This document shows positions 56,857 to 64,000 of a DNA stretch of 64,000 bases, in pieces. Below the pieces are notes generated by a model that was not told the origin of the DNA, did not search any database, and worked only from the letters and a program-made list of their open reading frames with translations. The number at the start of each line of letters is the position of its first letter. The stretch's first letter is position 1. This DNA is from Methylococcales bacterium. Lineage in GTDB: Bacteria > Pseudomonadota > Gammaproteobacteria > Methylococcales > Methylomonadaceae. The DNA lies in NCBI GenBank assembly GCA_028707085.1, contig JAQTUW010000001.1, positions 57,030 to 121,029 of the forward strand, written 5' to 3'. A program made the translations under genes and the position numbers.

Positions 56857-57690
56857 ATGCAATCCTTTAATATCTGCGGCGGCGGACTGGGGCTGCGCCG
56901 CGAATTTTTACCGGCTCTGGAGGCGGGCGTGCCGGACGCCATCCGGTTTTTTGAAGTCTCGCCGGAAAACTGGATGGATGTGGGCGGAAATCCAGGCAAG
57001 CTGTTTCGCCGTTACACCGAGCAGCATCCCTTCGTGGCGCACGGCCTATCCTTGTCGATCGGTGGCCCTGCGCCGCTGGATAGAACCTTTTTGCAACGCC
57101 TGAAGGTTTTTCTCGATGAGCATGATTTCGTACTCTATACGGAACATTTAAGTTATTGCAGCGATGCCGGCCATCATTACGATCTTTATCCCATCCCGTT
57201 TACCGGGGAAGCTGTGCGCCATGTTGCGGAACGGCTGCGCATGGCCCAGGATATTCTGGAGCGGCCTATCGCCCTGGAAAACGCTTCTTACTATGTTCAG
57301 CCGCCATTAGCCGAAATGGATGAACTGGCGTTTATCAACGCGGTATTGGCCGAAGCCGATTGCCCTTTACATCTGGATGTGAATAACATTTACGTCAACA
57401 GCCTCAATCACCATTACAATGCCGCCGAGTTTTTAAAGGGCTTATGCGGCGAACGCATTGTTTATGGGCATGTCGCCGGACACGATCAGGACAAGTCGGG
57501 GATGATAATCGACACCCATGGTCAGGCGGCTTGCCAACCGGTTTGGGAATTACTGGATCTGGCGTATCAAAATTTCGGCGTATTCCCGACTTTACTGGAA
57601 CGGGATTTCAACATGCCGCCTTTTGCCGGGCTGTTAACGGAAGTGGAACAGATCGCCAGGCTGCAACAGCGTTATGGAGATGGATCGTGA
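56857..57690 (+). CDS. DUF692 / MNIO (multinuclear non-haem iron oxidase, MbnB/HvfB/BufB-like) RiPP-modifying enzyme
   Basis: The protein contains GLGLRREF, FFEVSPENWM, HGLSLSIGG, YTEHLSYC, ALENASYY, LHLDVNNIYVNS and GHVAGH, which are TIM-barrel DUF692 motifs. Confidence 0.9.
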   Translation: MQSFNICGGGLGLRREFLPALEAGVPDAIRFFEVSPENWMDVGGNPGKLFRRYTEQHPFVAHGLSLSIGGPAPLDRTFLQRLKVFLDEHDFVLYTEHLSYCSDAGHHYDLYPIPFTGEAVRHVAERLRMAQDILERPIALENASYYVQPPLAEMDELAFINAVLAEADCPLHLDVNNIYVNSLNHHYNAAEFLKGLCGERIVYGHVAGHDQDKSGMIIDTHGQAACQPVWELLDLAYQNFGVFPTLLERDFNMPPFAGLLTEVEQIARLQQRYGDGS

Positions 57691-58460
57691 TGGCTTTTCA
57701 AACCGTGCAGCGGCAGTTTTTAGCCCATTTGCGTAATTCCGAAAAACAGCCCTTACCCGCTGGTTTTGCCGAACAGGGCGCGGCAGTTTACGCCGAACTG
57801 CTGTATAACAAATTCAATGACAGCCTGGAACTGTGCTTTCCGCTCAGCCGGGAGATTTTGGGCGCGGCGGGCTGGCGACGACTGGTAAAGGATTTCATAG
57901 CGGATCATTGCTGTACCTCGCCTTACTATCGGCAGATTCCCGACCAGTTTATCCGTTATTTGCAAACTGAACGCTGTAGTCCATCCGATCCGCCGTTTTT
58001 ACTGGAATTGGCGCATTTTGAATGGGTGGAGCTGGTATTGGCGGTTACGGTAGCCGAACCGGTTCCGGCGTTTACCCCCGGCATGGCGGCGGACAGCCTG
58101 CAATATCGGCCGCTGTTCGCACCGATTTTCCAGCTGCTGGATTATGGCTATCCGGTGCAACGCATTAACGCCGGCTACCAGCCGGCCATCCCCCCCGATC
58201 AGGCCACGCATATTTTAGGGTTCAGAGATCGGGACGACGCGGTGCAATTTATCGAACTGCAACCGGCGACCGCCCGGCTGCTGGACATTTTAAAATCCGC
58301 CGCCTGCACTGTCGCGGAAGCGGTAACCCAAATCGCCGCCGAGCTGGGGCATCCCGATCCGGCCGCGCTGTCCGGTTTTGGCGTCGAAACCATGATCAGC
58401 CTGATGCGGCAAGGCGCTATACTTGCCCTGATAGCTCAACCGGAGTCACGCCATGAATAA
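57690..58460 (+). CDS. DUF2063 partner protein (HvfC/BufC-like)
   Basis: The N-terminus FQ.VQRQFLAHLRN....P......G.AVYAELLYNKFNDSLELCFP is characteristic of DUF2063. The ATG shares a base with the MNIO stop (TGATG). Confidence 0.75.
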   Translation: MAFQTVQRQFLAHLRNSEKQPLPAGFAEQGAAVYAELLYNKFNDSLELCFPLSREILGAAGWRRLVKDFIADHCCTSPYYRQIPDQFIRYLQTERCSPSDPPFLLELAHFEWVELVLAVTVAEPVPAFTPGMAADSLQYRPLFAPIFQLLDYGYPVQRINAGYQPAIPPDQATHILGFRDRDDAVQFIELQPATARLLDILKSAACTVAEAVTQIAAELGHPDPAALSGFGVETMISLMRQGAILALIAQPESRHE

Positions 58461-59013
58461 AACCGTCTCTTCGACAGACTGCGCTGTTTGCCCCATGCTG
58501 TTGACGCTTCGGGCTTTGTGGGCCATGATCCGCAAAACCTGGCGCTGGCTCAATAACGATGCCGGCGCTTACGCGCCGTTATTGCCGAGGCTGCTGCTGG
58601 CTTACGAGTTTCTGGAGGCGGGGCGGGAAAAATTATCCGCCGAAAACTGGTTTTCCGAACTGGCGTTTCCGTTTCCATTTAATTTATTATCAGCGGACGT
58701 AAACTGGGAGTTGTCTATCGGACTGGAAATCATCGCCCCCATCGCCCTGATTTTAGGCATTGCCACCCGCTTTTTCAGCGCGGCGCTGGCTGTGCTGACG
58801 ATAGTCGCCATTGCCGTAGCGCATTGGCCCGGGCAATGGCAGTCCCTGGCCGAATTGTGGCGTGGTTACGCCATTACCGACCAGGGTTACGGCAATTACA
58901 AGTTACCTTTAATGTATTTGTTCATGCTGATCTCCCTGCTATTGAGCGGCGGCGGCCGGTTAAGCATGGATGCCTGGCTGGCCTGCCGAATGAAACAGTT
59001 TAACGATGGATAA
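58453..59013 (+). CDS. DoxX-family membrane protein
   Basis: It is a four-helix hydrophobic protein containing LLPRLLLAYEFLEAGREKL. It overlaps the upstream gene by 8 nt. Confidence 0.7.
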   Translation: MNKTVSSTDCAVCPMLLTLRALWAMIRKTWRWLNNDAGAYAPLLPRLLLAYEFLEAGREKLSAENWFSELAFPFPFNLLSADVNWELSIGLEIIAPIALILGIATRFFSAALAVLTIVAIAVAHWPGQWQSLAELWRGYAITDQGYGNYKLPLMYLFMLISLLLSGGGRLSMDAWLACRMKQFNDG

Positions 59014-59569
59014 AAACCAGTTGCATACCCACCGCGAAGTATTGTTCCGCTATGCCCTGTTGCAAGTGCGTAACGAAGCCGCTGCGGAAGACGCTGTGCA
59101 GGACACCCTGCTGGCCGCCTTTCAATCAGGCGACAGTTTTCGAAACGAATCGGCTGTCAGAACCTGGTTGATCGGCATTCTGAAACATAAGATCGCCGAC
59201 CACCACCGCGCCGCCGAAAAAATACATAGCCTGGCGGAGCATGGCGATGGCGATGAATCCGATCCGGACGCAGCCGTCGAAAGATTGATTTTTGACGACA
59301 AAGGCCATTGGATCGGTACGCCCGGCGCCTGGAAGGAGCCTGATCACGCCCTGGAACAAAGCGAGTTCTGGGCGATTTTCGACTGGTGCCGGCAAAACCT
59401 GCCGCCGCCGCACGCCAGGGCGTTCATGTTAAGGGAGATGGTCGGCCTTGAAACCGATGATATTTGTTTGGACATGCAGATCAGCCACGGCGCCTGCCGG
59501 GTTTATTTGCACAGGGCGCGGCTGGTATTGCGGGAATGCCTGGAACTGCGCTGGTTTAATTCTAATTGA
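59006..59569 (+). CDS. ECF-type RNA polymerase sigma factor
   Basis: Region 2 is FRYALLQVRNEAAAEDAVQDTLLAAF...RTWLIGILKHKIADHHR. A region 4 HTH is present. It overlaps the DoxX gene by 8 nt. Confidence 0.85.
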   Translation: MDKNQLHTHREVLFRYALLQVRNEAAAEDAVQDTLLAAFQSGDSFRNESAVRTWLIGILKHKIADHHRAAEKIHSLAEHGDGDESDPDAAVERLIFDDKGHWIGTPGAWKEPDHALEQSEFWAIFDWCRQNLPPPHARAFMLREMVGLETDDICLDMQISHGACRVYLHRARLVLRECLELRWFNSN

Positions 59570-59751
59570 ACAATATGAAGAACTGTAAAGACATTAGCGG
59601 ACTCGTTTCGGAAAGCATGGATCGACCTCTGACATTCCGGGAGCGCTGGGCCGTGCGCCTGCATTTTTTCATGTGCCGCTCCTGTGCGCGGTTTCAGCGA
59701 CAAATCCGCTTTCTGCGCAAGATGGCCAGCCGTTACCAGCCCGGGGATTAA
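59566..59751 (+). CDS. Short zf-HC2 (ZAS-type) anti-sigma factor without a TM segment
   Basis: The H-x3-C-x2-C motif is HFFMCRSC. The gene overlaps the sigma factor gene by 4 nt. Confidence 0.7.
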   Translation: MNNMKNCKDISGLVSESMDRPLTFRERWAVRLHFFMCRSCARFQRQIRFLRKMASRYQPGD

Positions 59752-59787
59752 CCGTCACGGCGTCTAATCCGCCTGCCTGCGCATGGT

Positions 59788-60528
59788 TTACGCCTGCGCC
59801 GAGACTACCGCGTTTAACAGGGAGATGGCCTTGCGCATGCCGGTTTCCAGATTTTTTTCGATTTCCGCCATGCTGATCTCGCCGGCGGCCAGTCCAGCGC
59901 CCCAGTTGGCCACCACCGAAATATTGGCGTAAGCCATGTCCAGTTCTTTGGCCAGTGCGGCTTCCGGCATGCCGGTCATGCCCACCAGGTCGCAGCCGTC
60001 TTTAGCCAGTCGCGCTATTTCCGCCGCTGTTTCCAGTCTTGGCCCTTGCGTACAGGCGTATGCGCCGGTAGCCGTGATGGCGACGCCTGCCAGAGCGGCG
60101 GCGGCGATAAGCCGTTCCCGCAGGCTTTGGGTATAGGGATAAGAAAAATCGATATGGGTGACATGATCCTGCTCGCCGTCAAAAAAAGTATGTTCCCGGC
60201 CATAACTGTAATCGATGATCTGATCGGGTATGGCGATATGCCCCGGCGTCATGGCCGCACTGACGCCACCCACCGCGGCAACCCCGATGATGCTGTCGGC
60301 TCCCAGTTGCTTTAGGCCCCAGATATTGGCCCGATAGTTGATTTTATGGGGCGGAATGCGGTGCGGATTGCCGTGTCTGGCCAGAAACAGCAGTTTTGTC
60401 CCGTTCAGTTCCGCTCGCAGATAGTCTGCGGACGGCTCGCCGTACGGGGTTTGCAGTTTTATCCTGTCTATGATCTCAAGATCATCGATCTGCGTCAGGC
60501 CGGTACCGCCAATAATTGCCAGTGTCAT
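59788..60528 (-). CDS. mtnP: S-methyl-5'-thioadenosine/-thioinosine phosphorylase
   Basis: The protein contains IIGGTGL, FLARHG..H.IPPH.INYRANIW.LK.LG and GMTGMPEA, which are PNP/MTAP family motifs. Confidence 0.85.
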   Translation of the reverse strand: MTLAIIGGTGLTQIDDLEIIDRIKLQTPYGEPSADYLRAELNGTKLLFLARHGNPHRIPPHKINYRANIWGLKQLGADSIIGVAAVGGVSAAMTPGHIAIPDQIIDYSYGREHTFFDGEQDHVTHIDFSYPYTQSLRERLIAAAALAGVAITATGAYACTQGPRLETAAEIARLAKDGCDLVGMTGMPEAALAKELDMAYANISVVANWGAGLAAGEISMAEIEKNLETGMRKAISLLNAVVSAQA

Positions 60529-61082
60529 AAAACTTCCTTGCAGGCATAGACGCCGTCTGCGTTTCTAAGATAGCCCTTGTAGTCCATGCCATAGCCGAAC
60601 AGGTAATGGTTCTCCACAGTCAGGCCCACAAAGTCGGCTTGTACCGGTTTTTCGGTTCCCAGCATCTTGTCCAGCAGAGCGGCGGTATACACCTTGCGCG
60701 CGCCCTGTTCCAGACAGTAATCAACAATGGCCCGTAAAGTGTAGCCCTCATCCAGAATATCGTCGATGATCAGAATGGTTCTATCCGCCAGCGGGGTGGT
60801 CGGTTTGAACAACCAGTGGATTTTCGCCGAGCCGGCGGTGGTGTTCCGGTAACGGCTGGCGTGTATGCTGTCCAGCATCAGCGGGAAATCCAGTCGCGGC
60901 AGCAATTTGCCGGTGGGGATGATCCCGCCGTTGATGACGCAGAGCACCAGCGGATTGCTGTCCTGTAATTGTGCGGTAATTTCGGCCGCCATTCTGTCCA
61001 GCGCGGCTTCCACCTGCTGGCTATCATATAGGCGGATGGCGTGTTTGCGGATATGGTTTATTTCATCAAGCATGGGATTCAC
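60525..61082 (-). CDS. hpt: Hypoxanthine-guanine phosphoribosyltransferase family protein
   Basis: The PRPP loop is ILIIDDILDEGYTL. It has a GTG start and overlaps mtnP by 4 nt. Confidence 0.8.
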   Translation of the reverse strand: MNPMLDEINHIRKHAIRLYDSQQVEAALDRMAAEITAQLQDSNPLVLCVINGGIIPTGKLLPRLDFPLMLDSIHASRYRNTTAGSAKIHWLFKPTTPLADRTILIIDDILDEGYTLRAIVDYCLEQGARKVYTAALLDKMLGTEKPVQADFVGLTVENHYLFGYGMDYKGYLRNADGVYACKEVL

Positions 61083-61095
61083 AAAGTTGTCTGAT
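61076..61095. repeat. Direct repeat copy 1 (GATTCACAAAGTTGTCTGAT), spanning the hpt start codon
   Basis: It is an exact 20-bp match to 62114..62133, read directly. Confidence 0.95.
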
Positions 61096-61196
61096 TGTTT
61101 TAGGGTTCTTCGAGCTGCTGAGTGCCGGAGAGCTCTGCCGATGCGTCAGGGCCAAGGTTTCGAGGTTAGCTGTTATAATGTTTGGCTAATCCTTAA

Positions 61197-61363
61197 CTAG
61201 GAGCCTGTCCGAGAATAGAAAACCTACTGCGGAAAAGCCCTTTTGGCCGGATTTCCTGCGCATTTTCGTTAAATAGCGCAACTATTCCGCCTCAAATGCC
61301 CAAAAAATTCAACTCAAAATGGCTTTCCCTCGCTACGGCTTCTATTCTCGGACAGGCTCCTAG
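61197..61363. mobile_element. MITE-like element (~167 bp) with perfect 24-bp terminal inverted repeats including CTAG ends
   Basis: The left end CTAGGAGCCTGTCCGAGAATAGAA (61197-61220) is the exact reverse complement of the right end TTCTATTCTCGGACAGGCTCCTAG (61340-61363). No ORF lies inside. The CTAG at both ends is compatible with an IS5-type 4-bp target duplication. Confidence 0.75.
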
Positions 61364-61693
61364 CGCGATAAGCATTTCAGTGGATTTTATAGTCTTTTGC
61401 CTGTCATCAAAGGTTACTTCGTCATTAAGAAAATAATCGGCAGTTGTTCTACGATCCTTGAGATTTTTAAGCATGTATCCGATTTGCCGGTCTGTGGAAC
61501 TTGGACTTTTGACCAGACTATCTATCAATTGCGAATGAACGCCGCCTGATATGTTTTTATTGGCAAGAAACTTTTCGGAACAATGGTGGTAGGCGGCATA
61601 ATAAGCCCGGCTAATGGCGTTTCGGTTATTTATTTCATTATAGGCAGGCAGGTTTTTAGCAAAACTCAGGAATTCGTCTTTGTTAATTGCCAT
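61292..61693 (-). CDS. HEPN-domain-like protein whose last 24 codons are supplied by the MITE
   Basis: RNAISRAYYAAYHH and RRTTADY are typical of the HEPN helices 1-2 and the conserved R..(A/S)DY block. The reading frame enters the MITE at LGA (61363). Confidence 0.6.
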   Translation of the reverse strand: MAINKDEFLSFAKNLPAYNEINNRNAISRAYYAAYHHCSEKFLANKNISGGVHSQLIDSLVKSPSSTDRQIGYMLKNLKDRRTTADYFLNDEVTFDDRQKTIKSTEMLIALGACPRIEAVARESHFELNFLGI

Positions 61694-61700
61694 GCCGGAT

Positions 61701-61949
61701 CTATCTAAATGAAATCGAAAGCCTGCCTAAATCGAAATTCTCCGCTTCAGCAAATTTTTTGAACAGTTCAAAGTTCATGTCAACTGTAGTATTGACATCA
61801 GCATTGGTTTCAAGTCTTCTAAGTAGGCCGTCGTCGACCGGAATGACGGAAACAGATTCAATTTTAACTGAGTGTCCTACGCTCACTTCATCCACAAATC
61901 TGGCGGCTTGAGCCAATGCTTCCGTTGATACCCCTAAATCCAGAATCAT
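61701..61949 (-). CDS. Hypothetical 82-aa protein, upstream partner of the HEPN gene
   Basis: It lies 7 nt upstream of the HEPN gene on the same strand. It has no nucleotidyltransferase (GS-x-ARG / DxD) motif and no recognised family. Confidence 0.4.
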   Translation of the reverse strand: MILDLGVSTEALAQAARFVDEVSVGHSVKIESVSVIPVDDGLLRRLETNADVNTTVDMNFELFKKFAEAENFDLGRLSISFR

Positions 61950-62103
61950 CCTGGCTTCTGACTTTTTTTCTCACCCGGTTGTAAATCTGCTATTGGTAAA
62001 AGAGTACCACAAATTGCCTGTTTGCCCCCATTCCCGGAATACATGCTTTAATTTTCAGTTGGCGTGCGCATAGGCATGCCTCCCCGTAGGGTCTGCCGAA
62101 ACC

Positions 62104-63120
62104 CTAAGCACTCGATTCACAAAGTTGTCTGATCCGGCCGGAAACCGCCAGCCAGGCATCTGTGAGCGCTAATTGTTCGCGATCGAGTTCATGCCGGCCT
62201 TTCATGTAGTGCATGCGGCGCAGTCTGTCCGGGTTGTCGCGTAGCGGCAGGCTGTCCAGCACCTGTTCTGCGGCGGCGGGCTGATTGCAGACCAGCAGCA
62301 TGTCGCATCCTGCCTGCCGAGCCAGACCGGCGCGTTCCGGAAAATCGCCGATGCTGGCGGCGCCGGCCATGCTCAGGTCGTCGCTGAAGATGGCCCCGTC
62401 AAAACCCAGTTCCTGGCGGAGTATCCGCTGCAGCCAGATTTCCGAAAAACCGGCCGGCAGTTTGTCCACTTGCGGATACAGCACATGCGCTGGCATGACG
62501 GCTTCCAGGCCAGCGGCGATCAGTTGCCGGAACGGTGTTAAATCCTGGCGACGGATAGTGTCCAGATTGCGCTCGTCAACCGGTAGGGTGAGGTGAGAAT
62601 CCGGGGCTACCGCGCCGTGGCCGGGAAAATGCTTGCCGGTGGCCGCCATGCCGGCCCGGCGCATGCCCTGGCGAAACGCCCCGCCCAGATCCGCAGCCTG
62701 CGCCGCGTCCCGAGAAAAGGAACGGTCGCCGATAATTTCGCTGACTCCGCAATCCACATCCAGCACCGGCGCGAAACTGAAGTCCACGCCGACCGCCAGC
62801 AGTTCGGCGGCCATCAGCCAGCCCGCCGGTTCGGCCAGGTCGGGCTGTTGCGCATAGCGGGCGGCGGCCGGCAAGCGGGTAAAGCCGTGTCGAAAACGCT
62901 GCACCCGGCCGCCTTCCTGATCAACGGCGATTAAGATGTCGCCATTGCGGGCGTTGCGGATGTCTTTGATCAGGCCCTGTATCTGCGCCGGGGTTTCGAA
63001 ATTCCGGGCAAACAGAATTAAGGCCCCGGTATTGGGATGGGCGATTTTTTCCCTGTCCAGCGCATTGAGGCTCTGACCCTCGATGTCTAGCATGACCGGG
63101 CCGATAGCGAGTTGTTTCAT
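62104..63120 (-). CDS. nagZ: Beta-N-acetylhexosaminidase (peptidoglycan recycling)
   Basis: The protein contains GPVMLDIEG, LILFARNF, IAVDQEGGRVQRF and KHFPGHG, which are GH3 NagZ motifs. Confidence 0.9.
   Translation of the reverse strand: MKQLAIGPVMLDIEGQSLNALDREKIAHPNTGALILFARNFETPAQIQGLIKDIRNARNGDILIAVDQEGGRVQRFRHGFTRLPAAARYAQQPDLAEPAGWLMAAELLAVGVDFSFAPVLDVDCGVSEIIGDRSFSRDAAQAADLGGAFRQGMRRAGMAATGKHFPGHGAVAPDSHLTLPVDERNLDTIRRQDLTPFRQLIAAGLEAVMPAHVLYPQVDKLPAGFSEIWLQRILRQELGFDGAIFSDDLSMAGAASIGDFPERAGLARQAGCDMLLVCNQPAAAEQVLDSLPLRDNPDRLRRMHYMKGRHELDREQLALTDAWLAVSGRIRQLCESSA
62114..62133. repeat. Direct repeat copy 2 (GATTCACAAAGTTGTCTGAT), inside the last codons of nagZ
   Basis: It is an exact 20-bp match to 61076..61095. 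Confidence 0.95.
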
Positions 63121-63233
63121 GATAGTATCGGTAATATGGAAAATATTTTAACCATGTCATTATATGAGGAATTGCTGCCGGCCAACGGATTTTATTGGCC
63201 GCTGCAACTCGCCTGAATACAGCTTGAGAGCCA

Positions 63234-63269
63234 TGCGCCATCAGCATGGCTGCCCATGCTGATGGCGCA
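63234..63269. other. Strong stem-loop (16-bp perfect stem, 4-nt loop) between the P-type ATPase gene and nagZ
   Basis: TGCGCCATCAGCATGG ctgc CCATGCTGATGGCGCA was read directly. There is no U-tract on the minus strand. Confidence 0.4.
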
Positions 63270-63325
63270 GAACGGCGCGGCGACAATGGTCTGGCTTGCC
63301 GCGCTTTGTCGTGAATGCGGATTGC

Positions 63326-64000
63326 TTAGGGCAGATCCGTGCGTTTGACGTGTCTGAAACGTTTGCCCGGCAGACTGATTCTGATATTTCTGAGCAGGCT
63401 GCCGTCTCCGTCTTCCAGGCGGCGGTACACCCATAATTTCATGCCGTCTTCTATGAAGACCCAGAACAGGCAATAGGCCCAGATCCAACCGATGTATTCC
63501 CAGGAAATCGGCGTGACCAGCCAGCCGTATCTGGACATCAGCACTGCAAAAACCTTGGTGATGATAATCGAAAACAGCAATAACGGATTGGGAAACGGCC
63601 GGAACAGAAAAAAGCGCCGGGTGCGGGCCACAAACAGCGTCAGATGGCCGGCGACCGTCAGTTTCAGAAAAATAATGGTTTGCAGTTCAGCCAGGCCGAC
63701 ATGGAAATAATTTTTGGCGATAATCAGCATCAAAAAGGTTTCGATGACGCCTATTAGTCCCAGCGAGGTTGATACGGTCAGCACCTTGTGCATATCCCAG
63801 CGCACCGGGGTCGGCGACAGCCAGGTATTGTCCTTGGCGATGGTCAGAATCGGCAGATCGTTCAGCAATGCCAGCATAATGATCATCACAGCAGTGATCG
63901 GATAAAAGTTATAGATCAGAATCGCCAACACCATGAATAACATGATACGGATGGTTTCGGTGATCCGGTAAATGGCATAGGCGTTCATCCGCTCGAAAAT
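63326..64000 (-). CDS. P-type ATPase, C-terminal membrane domain (plasma-membrane H+-ATPase-like); the gene continues beyond the window
   Basis: IFERMNAYAIYRITETIRIMLFMVL....PITAVMIIMLALLNDLPILTIAKDN is typical of the TM5-TM6 region of P3-type ATPases. The frame is open to base 64000. Confidence 0.8.
   Translation of the reverse strand: MFERMNAYAIYRITETIRIMLFMVLAILIYNFYPITAVMIIMLALLNDLPILTIAKDNTWLSPTPVRWDMHKVLTVSTSLGLIGVIETFLMLIIAKNYFHVGLAELQTIIFLKLTVAGHLTLFVARTRRFFLFRPFPNPLLLFSIIITKVFAVLMSRYGWLVTPISWEYIGWIWAYCLFWVFIEDGMKLWVYRRLEDGDGSLLRNIRISLPGKRFRHVKRTDLP

Noticed and set aside
1-64000. CRISPR arrays, rRNA operons and intact transposases or prophage.
   Set aside because: No regularly spaced direct repeats, no rRNA-like sequence and no complete transposase or phage structural genes were seen while reading both strands. 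Only relics are present: an IS3 fragment, an integrase pseudogene and a MITE.

Overview
This 64 kb window is a chromosomal segment that looks gammaproteobacterial, judged by gene content and order: fabB, ttcA, galE, scpAB-rluB, rpsF-rpsR-rplI, mutL-miaA, nagZ, psiE and an AaeAB-like efflux operon. No finer taxonomic call can be supported from the sequence alone. Most of the window is housekeeping DNA, with several accessory insertions.

1. About 56.2-59.8 kb holds a compact RiPP-type operon. It encodes a secreted precursor with six Cys-containing repeats, an unlisted 44-aa Cys/TM mini-ORF, a DUF692/MNIO enzyme, a DUF2063 protein, a DoxX protein, an ECF sigma factor and a zf-HC2 anti-sigma factor. 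This matches the HvfA / EGKCG-bufferin class of metallophore loci.
2. At 25.5-27.7 kb there is a two-gene operon. It encodes an outer-membrane beta-barrel with a single N-terminal CxxCH (a Cyc2-like fused cytochrome-porin architecture) and a polytopic membrane protein with its own CxxCH.
3. At 61.1-62.1 kb a roughly 1 kb HEPN-type two-gene cassette sits between nagZ and hpt. It is flanked by a perfect 20-bp direct repeat and is itself hit by a MITE with 24-bp terminal inverted repeats.
4. At 50.4-52.4 kb, directly after miaA, lies a frameshift-degraded STAND NTPase (TIR-like N-terminus, NB-ARC, TPR). It is followed by a small cluster of consensus DnaA boxes.
5. At 8.4-13.1 kb there is a PEP-CTERM-type polysaccharide export locus whose tyrosine-kinase-like member has degenerate Walker motifs. 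A PEP-CTERM cargo protein lies at 15.7-17.2 kb.
6. Next to tRNA-Leu there is an integrase and IS3 remnant.
7. At 27.7-28.9 kb an AT-rich islet carries a 9-Cys small protein and a 35-bp perfect palindrome.

No rRNA genes and no CRISPR array were seen. Many long ORFs in the supplied track are antisense shadow frames of GC-rich genes and were not called.
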